Translations under genes and position numbers: made by a program
Notes under the pieces: generated by a model
The model's input: only the letters and a program-made list of their open reading frames with translations
Databases searched by the model: none
What the model was told of the DNA's origin: nothing
Part shown: one piece after another, positions 42,125 through 54,215 of the stretch
How the letters are laid out: each line of letters starts with the position of its first letter
Numbering within the stretch: position 1 is the first letter of the stretch
NCBI GenBank assembly: GCA_964291285.2
Contig: OZ219785.1
Coordinates: 512,001-576,000, forward strand
Reading direction: 5' to 3'
Length of the DNA: 64,000 nt
DNA from: Alphaproteobacteria bacterium
GTDB taxonomy: Bacteria > Pseudomonadota > Alphaproteobacteria > Bin95

Positions 42125-43308
42125 GCCGCGCGTTCGATGGCCATGGCCGTCGCTTCGCCGCCGCCGATGCAGATGGCCGCGACGCCCTTCTGCGCGCCGT
42201 TCTTCTGCATGGCGTTGATGAGCGTCGCCACGATCCGCGCGCCCGACGCGCCCACCGGATGGCCGAGGGCGCAGGCGCCGCCATGGACGTTCACCTTCTC
42301 GGCCGGCAGGGCGAATTCGCGCATCGCCGCCATCGGCACCACCGCAAAGGCCTCGTTGATCTCGTAGAACTCGACCTCGTCCTTGTCCCAGCCGGTCTTG
42401 TCGAACAGCTTCTGCATGGCGCCGACCGGCGCGGTGGTGAACCAGCGCGGCTCCTGGCTGTGCGAGGTATGCGCGACGATGGTGGCGAGCGGCGTCAGCC
42501 CCCGGCGCTCTGCCTCGGACCGGCGCATCAGCACGAGCGCGGCGGCGCCGTCGGAGATCGAGGAGGAATTGGCCGGGGTCACCGACCCGTCCTTGGCGAA
42601 GGCCGGCCTCAGGCTCGGGATCTTCTCGATATTGGCGGTGAAGGGCTGTTCGTCCTGCCCGACGACCGACTCGCCGCGCCGCCCCTTCACCGTCATCGGC
42701 ACCATCTCGCCGGCGAAGGTGCCGTCCTCGTTCGCCGTGCGGGCGCGGTTCAGCGACCGGATCGCGAAATCGTCCTGCTCCTCGCGGGTGAACTGGAAGT
42801 GCCGCGCCGTCTCCTCGGCGAAATGGCCCATGAGCGCGCCCGGCTCGTAGGCGTCCTCCAGGCCGTCGAGGAACATGGCGTCCTCGAACCGGCCGTGGCC
42901 CATGCGCATGCCGGCGCGCGCCTTCTCCACCATATAGGGCACATTGGTCATGCTCTCGAAGCCGCCCGAGACCATGACGTCGTTGGTGCCGGCGAGCAGC
43001 AGGTCGTGGCTCAGCATGGTGGCCTTCATGCCGGAGCCGCAGAGCTTGTTGATCGTGGTGGCGCCGGCCGACTTCGGGATGCCGGCATGGATGGCGGCCT
43101 GGCGGGCCGGCCCCTGCCGCTGGCCGTGCGGCAGCACGCAGCCGAGGATCACTTCATCCACGTCATCCGCCGCGACGCCCGCGCTCTCGAGCGCGCCGGT
43201 AATCGCGCGCGTGCCGAGCTCCGGCCCCGTCGCGTCCTTCAGCACGCCCTGGAAGCTCCCCATCGGCGTGCGCGCCATGCCCACAATGACGACCGGATCC
43301 GCGTTCAT
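42121..43308 (-). CDS. Acetyl-CoA C-acyltransferase (thiolase)
   Basis: INKLCGSG, NEAFA, GHPVGASGARI, ICIGGGEA. Confidence 0.95.
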   Translation of the reverse strand: MNADPVVIVGMARTPMGSFQGVLKDATGPELGTRAITGALESAGVAADDVDEVILGCVLPHGQRQGPARQAAIHAGIPKSAGATTINKLCGSGMKATMLSHDLLLAGTNDVMVSGGFESMTNVPYMVEKARAGMRMGHGRFEDAMFLDGLEDAYEPGALMGHFAEETARHFQFTREEQDDFAIRSLNRARTANEDGTFAGEMVPMTVKGRRGESVVGQDEQPFTANIEKIPSLRPAFAKDGSVTPANSSSISDGAAALVLMRRSEAERRGLTPLATIVAHTSHSQEPRWFTTAPVGAMQKLFDKTGWDKDEVEFYEINEAFAVVPMAAMREFALPAEKVNVHGGACALGHPVGASGARIVATLINAMQKNGAQKGVAAICIGGGEATAMAIERAA

Positions 43309-43426
43309 CGCTCACTCCTTTGTTGCAGTGCAGCATTAATCATAAGGCATCCGCGGCGTTTGTCCAACACCGATGTGCAATCGGTCGCAGGCCCTGCCGG
43401 GACCGGATGCGGGCGCGCATCGGGGC

Positions 43427-43459
43427 TTGACACCGTCCTTGTTTGTTCTATATATGTTT
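43427..43459 (+). promoter_or_regulatory. Sigma70-like promoter overlapping a putative LexA box
   Basis: TTGACA-N16-TATATA; GTTC-TATATAT-GTTT is close to the alphaproteobacterial GTTC-N7-GTTC box. Confidence 0.55.
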
Positions 43460-43586
43460 CCCATAACCGTCAGTCGGACGGGAGGAGCCATGACCTGAGG
43501 CCTGGCGGGAACGGCGCGCGGCGCGCCGTTCCGCAAGAGTTTCCAACCCGCAATGCCGGCGGCCGGGGCCGAGGCGGGGCCGGGCC

Positions 43587-43952
43587 GTGGACCCGGACCT
43601 GCGGAGGCGGGCGGTGGCGGCCGTGGTGCGCCACGGCATGGGCATCCGGGCCGCGGCCCGGTATTTCGGGCTGGGTGAGAAGTCCGTCCAGCGCTGGGTG
43701 AAGCAGTTCCGCGAGCAGGGCCATGTGCGGCCCGGCAGGCAGGGCGGCAGCCGCTCGCGGATCGAGCCCGAGCGGGAGCGGATCCTCCGCATCCTGGCCG
43801 CGCGGCCGGAGCTCTCCATACGCGGGCTGCGCGACGCGCTCGCCGCCGAGGGGCCGGCGTTCAGCGCGGCCACGGTGCAGCGCTTCCTGAAACGCCACCG
43901 CCTGGAGCGCAAACACCCGCCTCGCCCGCCGGCGCCGGCGGGGCCGGGGTGA
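43587..43952 (+). CDS. Solo IS630-type HTH protein
   Basis: DLRRRAVAAV..GMGIRAAARYFG...WVKQFREQG.V..GRQGG...SRIEPERERI...TVQRFLKRH; paralog of 14117-14560. Confidence 0.7.
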   Translation: MDPDLRRRAVAAVVRHGMGIRAAARYFGLGEKSVQRWVKQFREQGHVRPGRQGGSRSRIEPERERILRILAARPELSIRGLRDALAAEGPAFSAATVQRFLKRHRLERKHPPRPPAPAGPG

Positions 43953-43977
43953 CGGGAAAGAGGATCGGGGCGCCGGG

Positions 43978-44838
43978 TCAGCGGGCCCGCCGGCTCCATT
44001 CCATCCAGGAGCCGTCGTAGAGGTGGAGGCGTTCGACGGGATAGCCCATCAGGTAGAGCGCGAGCATCGGCGTGGCGGCGCGCACGCCGGAGTGGCAGTA
44101 GAAGATGTGGTTGCTGCCCGGTTCGAAGCCCGCCTGCCGGAGCAGCGCGTCGATTTCGGCGGCGGTGCGGAATTCCGAGGGCCGGCCCTCGTCCGCCCGG
44201 CGGAAGGCGCGCCAGCCGATGAAGCGGGCCCGGCCGATAGGGCCGGTTCCCTTCCATTCCGGTATGTCGCGCGCATCCCAGAGGTGCGTTCCCTCCTCCG
44301 GGCGGGCCTCCGCGGCCTCGGCCATGTCCGCCGTCCAGCCGGCGAGCGCGGGCGCGGCCGTGAAGGTCCCGGCCTTCGGCGCCGACCGGCGGGAGCCGCG
44401 TTCGACGGGGTAGCCCGCCTCGTCCCAGGCCCGCCAGCCGCCGTCCAGCACCCTCACATCGGTCTTCCCGTAGAGCCGGAACAGCCACCAGAGGCGCGCG
44501 GCGTCGTAGGTGTTGTCATAAACGACCACGGGGGTTGCGTCGTCTATGCCGAGTCCGCGTGCGAATGCCTGGAAGCGGGTCCGGTCCGCCGCCATGCCGT
44601 CCCGGTCGGTATAGGCGCGGCGTTGGACGCGGTGCGCGCCCGGAATGTGCCCCAGCAGCCAGGGCACCCGGCCGACCGCCGCCAGCACGACGGGTTTCGG
44701 GCCGGGCCCGTCGAGCGCGGATTTCAGTTCGGCGGCGGAAATCAGGGCATCGCCGCGCGGGAAGCCCTTGTAGGACTCCGCCTCCAGCGGTCCGGCCGCA
44801 AGCAGGAGGGCAAGGGACAGAAAGGCGGTGCGGAACAT
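43978..44838 (-). CDS. Secreted rhodanese-like sulfurtransferase
   Basis: Signal peptide, GHIPGA, AARLWW, VLDGG, YCHSGVRA, LYDGSWMEW. Confidence 0.88.
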   Translation of the reverse strand: MFRTAFLSLALLLAAGPLEAESYKGFPRGDALISAAELKSALDGPGPKPVVLAAVGRVPWLLGHIPGAHRVQRRAYTDRDGMAADRTRFQAFARGLGIDDATPVVVYDNTYDAARLWWLFRLYGKTDVRVLDGGWRAWDEAGYPVERGSRRSAPKAGTFTAAPALAGWTADMAEAAEARPEEGTHLWDARDIPEWKGTGPIGRARFIGWRAFRRADEGRPSEFRTAAEIDALLRQAGFEPGSNHIFYCHSGVRAATPMLALYLMGYPVERLHLYDGSWMEWSRRAR

Positions 44839-44872
44839 CGCGGCTCCCCTTCCCGGCGCCGAATGAAGGCCC

Positions 44873-45235
44873 TTACAGGCCGCTGCCGAATATATCGTAC
44901 AGCATGGCGGCGACTTCGCCTTCGAGCGGGAAGGAGAGCATGCCGAGCACCGAATAACCAAGCGCCCACGGCATGACATAGAAGCGGAACAGGAAGAAGA
45001 ACCAGGCGACATACAAAGGCACGACGGGATCGATCAGGAAGCCCGGCGTGACCGGCTTGAAGACGCGCAGGATCGGGTCCGTCATCTTCACGAACGCCTT
45101 CATGAAGAAGAAGTCGGACGTGACGGGCAGAAAAATGTTCATGGCGGAGCGGCCGACCAGCGTCCACATCGCCACGCCCAGAATGTAGTCCAGAAGCACC
45201 ACCCAGCCGGGCAGCGCATGCGCGAGGCTATCCAT
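44873..45235 (-). CDS. Small membrane protein (YggT-like) downstream of symporter
   Basis: Hydrophobic segments and TDPILRVF..VTPGFL; position in the symporter operon. Confidence 0.7.
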   Translation of the reverse strand: MDSLAHALPGWVVLLDYILGVAMWTLVGRSAMNIFLPVTSDFFFMKAFVKMTDPILRVFKPVTPGFLIDPVVPLYVAWFFFLFRFYVMPWALGYSVLGMLSFPLEGEVAAMLYDIFGSGL

Positions 45236-45267
45236 ATCGCCTTGCTGAAAGAGTGGCCGGCGCGGCT

Positions 45268-45293
45268 GGAGGCGGGGCCGAAGCCCCGCCTCC
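45268..45293. terminator. GC-rich hairpin downstream of symporter gene
   Basis: GGAGGCGGGGC-CGAA-GCCCCGCCTCC. Confidence 0.5.
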
Positions 45294-45319
45294 TTTAGCG
45301 CCTGCAGGCCGGTCCGGCG

Positions 45320-47137
45320 TCAATGCGTCTCGGCCAGGATGGAATCGCCCGTCGGGATACGGGTTTCGTCCACCATGGCCTGCGTTTCCGCATCCGGCTC
45401 CGGCGTCATCAGCGACACCACCACCATGGCCACCAGCGAGACCGGCATGCCGATCAGGCCGAAGCGCAGATGGTCGATGGACCAGAGCTGAGCCCCGCCG
45501 CCATACACATGCCAGAGGTAGATGGAGCCTGCCAGGAAGCCGGCGATCATGCCTGCTATCGCGCCCTCCCGGTTGGCCCTCTTCCACCAGATGCCGAGCA
45601 CCAGCGGGAAGAACAGCCCCGAGCAGGCGAAGCAGAACGCCCATGCCACCGCGCCCAGGATGCCGGTGAGCTGCAGCGACGCCACCAGGGCCGCCAGCGC
45701 GCCGATGCCGACCAGCAATACGCGGGCCACCACGAGGCGGCGGCGCGTATCGGCCTGCGGGTCGATGATCTTGTAGTAGAGATCGTGGCTGAGCGCATTG
45801 GCGATCGCCAGCAGCAGCCCGTCGGCGGTGGACATGGCCGCTGCCATGCCGCCCGCCGCGACCAAGCCGGAGATCACATAGGGCAGGCCGGCGATCTCGG
45901 GCGTGGCCAGCACGACGATGTCGGGCCGCATGAAGAACTCGTTCAGCTGCACGATGCCGTCGCCGTTCTGGTCCTGCACGGCGAGCATCCCGACATGGGC
46001 CCAGTTCTGGATCCACTCCAGCGCCATCACGTCTTCCACCGCCTTGCCGACCACCGCGGTTGCAAGTGTCGGGTCCAGCAGCTGCAGCTTCGTCAGCGTG
46101 GCGAGCGCCGGCGCCGAGAAATACAGCAGGAAGATGAAGAACAGCGACCAGCCGACCGACTTGCGCGCCTGGCGCACCGAGGGCGTCGTGAAATACCGCA
46201 TCAGGATATGCGGCAGCGACGCCGTGCCGGCCATCATGCAGAGCGCAAGCGTGACGAACTTCCAGCTGTCGAGCGAGGTCTGCGGGTCGAAATGCGCCGT
46301 CGTCAGCACCTTCAGCCCCGCCACGGCCTCGGCCGCCGGCTGCAGTCCGTATTCCGCCTCCAGCTGCTGGATGCGCTGCGCTGCCTCGCCGTAGCCGAAA
46401 TGCGGGATGACGCCGAAGCCCTGTTCGTTCGACATCCAGATCAGCGGCACCAGATAGGCGATGATGAGCACGATATACTGCGCCACCTGCGTCCAGGTCA
46501 CGCCGCGCATGCCGCCCAGCATGGAGCAGAGCAGGATGCCCAGCAGACCGAACCAGACGCCGACCTCGAACGGAATGTCGAGCGCCCGGGCGGCGATCGT
46601 GCCGGTGGCGTTGATCTGCGCCGTCACATAGGTGAAGGACGCAACCACCAGGACGAAGACCGCGCAGAACCGCGCGAGATTGCCGCCGTAGCGGGTGCCG
46701 ATGAAATCGGGCACCGTGTAGCAGCCGAACTTGCGCAGATAGGGCGCCATCAGCGCATTGACCAGCACATAGCCGCCGGTCCAGCCGATGACGAAGCCCA
46801 GATAGGGATAGCCGCCGAAATAGATGCCGCCGGCAAGCGCCACGAATGACGCGCCGGACATCCAGTCCGCCGCCGTCGCCATGCCGTTGTAGAGCGACGG
46901 GACCTCCCGGCCCGCAACGTAGTAGGCGTCCACCTGCATGGTGCGCGACAGCCAGCCGATGGTGGCGTAGATCGCGAGCGTGAAGAGCAGGAACAGCACG
47001 CCGATGGTCCTGGCGCCGACGCCGAACTGCTCGATGATCGCCATGAGGGCGAAGAAGGCGAGGAAGCCCAGCGTGTAGAGGCCGTAGACCTTGCCCAGCT
47101 TGTCGACGAACCTCGTGCCTTGCGCTTGTGCGTTCAT
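45320..47137 (-). CDS. Sodium:solute symporter (ActP-related, VC_2705-like)
   Basis: YYVAGR, NGMATAADWMSGASF, GTASLPHILMRYFT, AAAMSTADGLL; multiple transmembrane helices. Confidence 0.92.
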   Translation of the reverse strand: MNAQAQGTRFVDKLGKVYGLYTLGFLAFFALMAIIEQFGVGARTIGVLFLLFTLAIYATIGWLSRTMQVDAYYVAGREVPSLYNGMATAADWMSGASFVALAGGIYFGGYPYLGFVIGWTGGYVLVNALMAPYLRKFGCYTVPDFIGTRYGGNLARFCAVFVLVVASFTYVTAQINATGTIAARALDIPFEVGVWFGLLGILLCSMLGGMRGVTWTQVAQYIVLIIAYLVPLIWMSNEQGFGVIPHFGYGEAAQRIQQLEAEYGLQPAAEAVAGLKVLTTAHFDPQTSLDSWKFVTLALCMMAGTASLPHILMRYFTTPSVRQARKSVGWSLFFIFLLYFSAPALATLTKLQLLDPTLATAVVGKAVEDVMALEWIQNWAHVGMLAVQDQNGDGIVQLNEFFMRPDIVVLATPEIAGLPYVISGLVAAGGMAAAMSTADGLLLAIANALSHDLYYKIIDPQADTRRRLVVARVLLVGIGALAALVASLQLTGILGAVAWAFCFACSGLFFPLVLGIWWKRANREGAIAGMIAGFLAGSIYLWHVYGGGAQLWSIDHLRFGLIGMPVSLVAMVVVSLMTPEPDAETQAMVDETRIPTGDSILAETH

Positions 47138-47150
47138 TGGGACGCCCTCC

Positions 47151-47414
47151 TTATTCCTCGGCCACCCCGTGCTCTTCGTCGATGTTGTCCTGGAAGATGT
47201 TCTGGACAACGATCAGCAGCACGAAAATGATCAGCGAGCCCTGCACGATGAAGTAGTAGCCAAGCGGGAATCCGAGGAAGGACGCCGCGTCGAGCTCCTT
47301 GGCGAACCATGGCACCACGTATCCGAACAGGAACCACAACGCCAGGATCACGTAGGTTAGGGTGGAGGTTTTCCTCCAGTGCGCTTGCCGGGTTTCGGCA
47401 CTGACTTCCGCCAT
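47151..47414 (-). CDS. DUF4212 small membrane subunit of the symporter
   Basis: HWRKT..LT...L.LWF, GFPLGYYF..QGS; position upstream of the symporter. Confidence 0.88.
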   Translation of the reverse strand: MAEVSAETRQAHWRKTSTLTYVILALWFLFGYVVPWFAKELDAASFLGFPLGYYFIVQGSLIIFVLLIVVQNIFQDNIDEEHGVAEE

Positions 47415-47570
47415 GCGTCTCTCTCCCCTTCCTTGTCTTTGTTAGGACGTCGGCCTCCCCGATCTTGCCGTTCGACGCTTCGGATTTTGTCCCGGAACCG
47501 GGGACGCCGCACGGAGCCAGAATCGCCCATAGTCGAGATTCGTTTGCATGTGAACCGGAAAAAAGCGGTT

Positions 47571-48236
47571 ATGTTGCGCAAGAGCCTCCGTGGTCTCGCG
47601 ACAATTGTGGAAAGATTCCGGCCGCGTTTCGAGCGCCACAAGCTCGATACGCCGGAGAGGCTCGCCGACTTTCTGCGCACCCGCTCTTCTTACGTCGCGC
47701 AGACCTCGCTCTACGGTTATCTGAAGACGCGAATGGGCACGAGCTACCGGGTTTATTTCGAGGACGACACCTTCTCGGCCTCCATCCGCGTGGCGGCCGT
47801 AAAGCTGTTTCTCTCCTGTCTCGCGGATCTGACGGTGTTTGCGGCGGCACTCTGCGAAAGAGACGGCCCGTTGCCGCCGGACGGCGCGGCGGCGCTGGCG
47901 CAGCACTGTTTCCGGCAGGCGGCGGAGAGGGGGCTGGCCGAAGCCGGCGCGGGCGCCGTGCCGGCAGAAACCCTGGAGCGGTTCGACCTCCGGCTCCGGG
48001 CAACCGACTGGCCGGCGGCGGCGGCGGACGGCCGTCACGCCTTTGCCGGCAGCGAGGCCGACCTGGTCCGGTTCGCGCCGGTCATCGACGAATACAAGGC
48101 GCTCGACCGCGAGATCGTGACCAACTCGATCCGCTTCCGCTGGCGCGATGCGCGGGACCAGCTTCGCCGGCGGATCGACGCCCCGGCGCTGTCCGGCGCC
48201 ATGCGGCAGGGCGGTCCTGACGCCGCGGATCGCTAA
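47571..48236 (+). CDS. Conserved hypothetical protein
   Basis: Globular-looking ORF (FLRTRSSYVAQTSLYGYLKTRMGT...NSIRFRW) with host-like codon usage; start uncertain. Confidence 0.7.
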   Translation: MLRKSLRGLATIVERFRPRFERHKLDTPERLADFLRTRSSYVAQTSLYGYLKTRMGTSYRVYFEDDTFSASIRVAAVKLFLSCLADLTVFAAALCERDGPLPPDGAAALAQHCFRQAAERGLAEAGAGAVPAETLERFDLRLRATDWPAAAADGRHAFAGSEADLVRFAPVIDEYKALDREIVTNSIRFRWRDARDQLRRRIDAPALSGAMRQGGPDAADR

Positions 48237-49585
48237 CCCGGCTTCGGGTGCAGTTGCCGGCCTGCGACCCAGCTTGCGCGCACGATGCGGTCGTCGCCCA
48301 GGATCATCAGCGCGAGCAGCGTGTCGGCGAGCGTTTCGCTGAGCGCCTCGCGCGCCGCCAGAAGCGGCGTCGCGCACGGGTCGAGCACGGTGAAGTCGGC
48401 GAAGAAGCCCGGCTCCAGCCGCCCGATTTCGTTTTCCATGCCCAGCGCTTCGGCATTGCCGAGCGTCGCCAAGTAGAAGGCGCGCTCGGGCGCGAGCCGC
48501 CTGTCCTGGAGTTGCGCCGTCCGGTAGGCCGAGCCCAGGGTTGCAGGGAGCGAATAGCTGGTGCCGCCGCCGATGTCGGTGGCGACCGCCAGGCGCGGCG
48601 CGGCGGCCCCGGCTTCCGGCGTATAGGGCCCGATGTCGAACAGGCCGGAGCCCAGAAAGGCGTTCGAGGTGGGGCAGTGGACCACCGCCGACCCCGCCTC
48701 GCCCAGCCGCTCGCGCTCGCGCGCGGAAAGGTGGACGCCGTGCGCGAACAGGCTTCTCGGCCCGAGCAGGCCGAAGCGGTCATAGACATCGGTGTAGTCG
48801 GCGGCATCCGGGAACAGGCGGGCGACTTCGGCGATTTCCTCCTGTGTCTCGGACAGGTGCGTCTGCATCAGCGCGCCCGGATGGCTTTGCAGGAACTCGC
48901 CGGCCGCGGCGAGCTGCGCCGCTCCCGATGTGATGGCGAAGCGGGGCGAGACGGCGTAGCGCAGCCGCCCCCGCCCGTGCCAGCGGGCATGGAGCCGCTC
49001 GCTCGCGCGCAGTCCGCTCTCGGCGTCGTCGCGGAGCGCTGCGGGCGCACCCCGGTCCATGAGGGTCTTGCCGGCGGCGAGCGCCATGCCGCGGCGTTCC
49101 GCTGCCGCGAAAAGCCGGTCGGCGGCCTCCTCGTGGACGGTGGAGAAGACGAGCGCGGCGGTGGTGCCGTGGGCCAGCAGCAGGTCGAGGAACATCTCGG
49201 CCGCCGCCGCGGCATGGTCCCCGTCCGCATAGCGCGCCTCTTCGGGGAAGGCGAAACGGTCGAGCCAGTCCAGCAGGCCGCAGCCTCCGGCGGCGGCGAT
49301 GCGGTATTGCGGGAAGTGGATATGCGGATCGACGAAACCCGGCAGTACAAGGCACCGTCCGTAGTCGAAGCGCGGCGCGCCCACGAAGTCCGCCGGCAGG
49401 TCGGCGGCGCCGCCCGCCCAGGCGATACGCCCGCGCTCGAGCGCGAGCGCGCCGCCCGGACTGTCGCGGACGGCGGCCCGGCCGAGCGCGGCCGGGTCGC
49501 CGGAAAAGTCTATCAGGCGGCCCAGAACGACGGCATCGGCGCCGTTCCGGGCGGACGGGCCGCTACTGGGGCAGCTTGTCGTCAA
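48233..49585 (-). CDS. guaD: Guanine deaminase
   Basis: PGFVDPHIHFPQ, LLDWL, SPRFAITS, QTHLSE, HCPTSNAFLGSG, TDIGGGTS, LGDDR. Start codon uncertain. Confidence 0.88.
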   Translation of the reverse strand: MTTSCPSSGPSARNGADAVVLGRLIDFSGDPAALGRAAVRDSPGGALALERGRIAWAGGAADLPADFVGAPRFDYGRCLVLPGFVDPHIHFPQYRIAAAGGCGLLDWLDRFAFPEEARYADGDHAAAAAEMFLDLLLAHGTTAALVFSTVHEEAADRLFAAAERRGMALAAGKTLMDRGAPAALRDDAESGLRASERLHARWHGRGRLRYAVSPRFAITSGAAQLAAAGEFLQSHPGALMQTHLSETQEEIAEVARLFPDAADYTDVYDRFGLLGPRSLFAHGVHLSARERERLGEAGSAVVHCPTSNAFLGSGLFDIGPYTPEAGAAAPRLAVATDIGGGTSYSLPATLGSAYRTAQLQDRRLAPERAFYLATLGNAEALGMENEIGRLEPGFFADFTVLDPCATPLLAAREALSETLADTLLALMILGDDRIVRASWVAGRQLHPKPG

Positions 49586-50627
49586 CGCCCTTCACATACC
49601 AGTTCATGCCGAGCAGCATGCCGTCATCGGCCCGCTCGCCCTCGGCGACGCGGAGCTTGCCGTCCTGGTCGTGGATCGGGCCGGTGAAGGGGTGGAATTC
49701 GCCCGAACGGATCTTTGCCTCCATCGCGGCGGCGTCGGCCGCGACATCCTCCGGCAGGTCGGTATAGGGGGCCATGACCACCATGTCGGCGTCGAAGCCG
49801 CCCCACACGTCGCCTGACTCCCATGTGCCGTCGAGTACCGCCTTCACGCGGGCGACATAGTAGGCGCTCCAGTCGTCGATGATCGCGGTGTAATGGGCGG
49901 CGGGCGCGAAGGCGTCCATGTCGGAGGCCTGGCCGAAGCCGTGGACGCCGCGCTCGCCGGCGATCTGGATCGGCGCCGGGCTGTCCGTGTGCTGGGTGAT
50001 GATGTCCGCGCCCTGGTCGATCAGCGCCTTGGCCGCGTCGGCCTCCTTGCCGGGGTCGAACCAGGTGTTCACCCAGATGATCTTCAGCTTGAAGTCGGGA
50101 TTGACGGACTGGGCGCCCAGCAGGAAGGAGTTGATGCCGCGCACGACTTCGGGGATCGGGAAGGAGGCCACATAGCCCGCGACGCCCGACTTGGACATCT
50201 TGGCCGCGATCTGGCCGATGACGTAACGGCCTTCGTAGAAGCGCGCGGAGTAGGTCGCGACATTGTCGGCCCGCTTGTAGCCGGTGGCGTGCTCGAACTT
50301 CACGTCGGGGAAGCGCTTGGCGACCTTGATCGTCGGGTTCATGAAGCCGAAGGAGGTGGTGAAGACGATGTCCGCCCCCTCGCGCGCGAACCGCTCGATG
50401 GCGCGCTCGGCATCGGGGCCTTCCGCGACATTCTCGACATAGAGGGTCTCGACCTTGTCGCCGAACTCTCTTTCGACGGCGAGACGGCCCTGGTCGTGCT
50501 GGTAAGTCCAGCCGTGGTCGCCGATCGGGCCGACATAGACGAACGCCGCCTTGACGGGATCGGCCGCTTGGGCCGCCGGAAGCGCCAGCATCGCGGCGAA
50601 AACGGCGAGGACGGTAGCTCTCATCAT
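49563..50627 (-). CDS. BMP-family ABC substrate-binding protein (purine/nucleoside)
   Basis: Signal peptide, VYVGPIGDHGWTYQH, TSFGFM, FPIPEV, WFDPGKE, QHTDS. Confidence 0.92.
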   Translation of the reverse strand: MMRATVLAVFAAMLALPAAQAADPVKAAFVYVGPIGDHGWTYQHDQGRLAVEREFGDKVETLYVENVAEGPDAERAIERFAREGADIVFTTSFGFMNPTIKVAKRFPDVKFEHATGYKRADNVATYSARFYEGRYVIGQIAAKMSKSGVAGYVASFPIPEVVRGINSFLLGAQSVNPDFKLKIIWVNTWFDPGKEADAAKALIDQGADIITQHTDSPAPIQIAGERGVHGFGQASDMDAFAPAAHYTAIIDDWSAYYVARVKAVLDGTWESGDVWGGFDADMVVMAPYTDLPEDVAADAAAMEAKIRSGEFHPFTGPIHDQDGKLRVAEGERADDGMLLGMNWYVKGVDDKLPQ

Positions 50628-50683
50628 TTCCTGTTCTCCAATCGGCTTCCGGCCGGTCGGAAGCGCCGCGGGGCGAAGACGCC

Positions 50684-51604
50684 CTACCGGTCCGGGACGA
50701 ACACCTGTCCGAGGCAGGACGGCGAGTCGTTCCTCGCCCTCCATTGGTCGCGCGAGAGTATCACCAGCGCGGCGACCGTCGCAAGGTAAGGCAGCGCCGA
50801 AAGGAACTGCGAGGGCAGGGGAATACCCTCCGCCTGGGCGTGGAACTGGAGGATGAGCGCGCCGCCGAAGAGATAGGCGCCGACGGCGGCGCGCAGCGGC
50901 ATCCAGCTCGCGAACACCACCAGCGCCAGCGCAGTCCAGCCCCGTCCCGCGGTCATGCCCTCGACCCACTGCGGCGTGTAGGCAAGCGAGAGATAACCGC
51001 CGGCGAGCCCGGAGCAGGCACCGCCGAACAACACCGCCAGGAAGCGGGTCCGGATGACATGGACGCCCAGCATGTGGGCGGAGGCGTGGTTGTTGCCGAC
51101 GGCGCGCAGCGCCAGTCCGGCGCGTGTGCGGAACAGGAAGCGGGAGACGCAGACCGCAAGTGCCACCGACACATAGACGAGCGGGTCCTGCCCGAACAGG
51201 ATGGTCCCGACCACCGGCAGGTCCGTCAGGAACGGGATGTCGATGCGTTCGAGCTTGAGGCCCGGCTGCCCGATGAAGGCTTCGCCGATCATGCCGGAAA
51301 GGCCGAGCCCGAGCAGGGTGAGCGCGAGTCCGGAGGCGACCTGGTTGGCCGCAAGGCGCAGCACCAGGAAGCCGAACAGGCTGGAAAGCGCCATGCCGCC
51401 CGCCATGGCGGAGACGACGCCGAGATAGGGGGAGCCGGTCAGCTGCGCGCCGGCGAAGCCGGTCACGGCGCCGACGATCATCATGCCCTCGACACCGAGA
51501 TTTAGGACGCCCGAGCGTTCCGTCACGAGTTCGCCGAGCGCCGCGATCAGCAGCGGCGTCGCCGCCGTGACGATGGTGAGGGCGACCGCCTCGAAACCGG
51601 TCAC
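50684..51604 (-). CDS. Nucleoside/purine ABC permease
   Basis: ATPLLIAALGE..TERSGVLNLGVEG, GRGW.ALALV, LPY. Confidence 0.9.
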   Translation of the reverse strand: MTGFEAVALTIVTAATPLLIAALGELVTERSGVLNLGVEGMMIVGAVTGFAGAQLTGSPYLGVVSAMAGGMALSSLFGFLVLRLAANQVASGLALTLLGLGLSGMIGEAFIGQPGLKLERIDIPFLTDLPVVGTILFGQDPLVYVSVALAVCVSRFLFRTRAGLALRAVGNNHASAHMLGVHVIRTRFLAVLFGGACSGLAGGYLSLAYTPQWVEGMTAGRGWTALALVVFASWMPLRAAVGAYLFGGALILQFHAQAEGIPLPSQFLSALPYLATVAALVILSRDQWRARNDSPSCLGQVFVPDR

Positions 51605-52685
51605 GGCGCATCCTCCGCACGCGCCGTCAAGCGTCGTATCGGCTGGAAGTGGAGGCGGTAGCGGATGAAGACGTCGCAGGCCAGCACGAAGATCAGGATC
51701 GCGCCCTGGAACACCCGGGCGATCTTGTCGGAGACGCCGAGCGCCACTTGCGCCGACTCCCCGCCGATATAGGTGAGCGCCAGCAGCAGCGAGGCGAGCA
51801 GCACGCCCACCGGGTTCAGCCGCCCGAGGAACGCGGCGATGATGGCCGTGAAGCCGTAGCCGGGCGAGATCGACGGGTGAAGCTGCCCGATCGTGCCCGA
51901 CACCTCCGCGATGCCGGCAAGGCCGGCGAGGCCGCCGGAGATCGCCAGCACGGCCATGATCGACCGGCGCTCGGAAAAGCCGGCGAACGTTCCCGCGCGC
52001 GGCGCCGCGCCGATCACGCGGAACTCGAAGCCCTTGAGGGTGCGCCCGAGAACGATGGCGAGCGCTGCGACGGCGACGAGCGCGAACACCGTGCCGGAAT
52101 GCATCCGCCCGGCCAGCGCCGGTAACACCGCGTCGGCCTCGAAGAGCCGCGACTCGGGAAAATTGTAACCCTCGGGATCGCGCCAGGGGCCGCGCACCAG
52201 CCAGTCCAGAAGAAGCTGCGCGACATAGACCAGCATCAACGACGTCAGGATTTCGTTGGCGCCGAACCGGACGCGGAAGAAGGCAGGTATGGCCGCCCAG
52301 GCCATGCCGCCCAGCACGCCGCACAAGAGCACGGCCGGAAGCAGCAGCGGCCCCTGCAAATCGGGCACCATGACCGGCAGGATAGAGCCGCAGATGGCGC
52401 CCACCGTGTATTGCCCCTCCGCGCCGATATTCCAGACATTGGCGCGGAACACCACGGCGAGCCCGACGCCGATGAGCGCGAGCGGCGTCGCCTTGACCAC
52501 GATTTCCTACAGCGACCAGGCCTCGGTGAGCGGCTTGACGAAATAGACGTACAGGGCCCGAAGCGGGTCATGCCCCAGCGCCGCAAACAGGAGGGTGCCG
52601 AACACCAGCGTGAGGCCGAGGGCCAGCAGCGGCGAGACCCAGACCATGAGGCGGGAGTCTTCCGTTCGCCGGCGGAGTTCGATCC

Positions 52686-52689
<4 letters not shown>
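51601..52689 (-). pseudogene. Nucleoside/purine ABC permease interrupted by an in-frame TAG
   Basis: ORFs 52507-52689 and 51601-52500 share a frame and read EAWSL*EIVVKATPL, then WNIGAEGQ and NEILTSLML. Confidence 0.85.
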
Positions 52690-54215
<1,526 letters not shown>

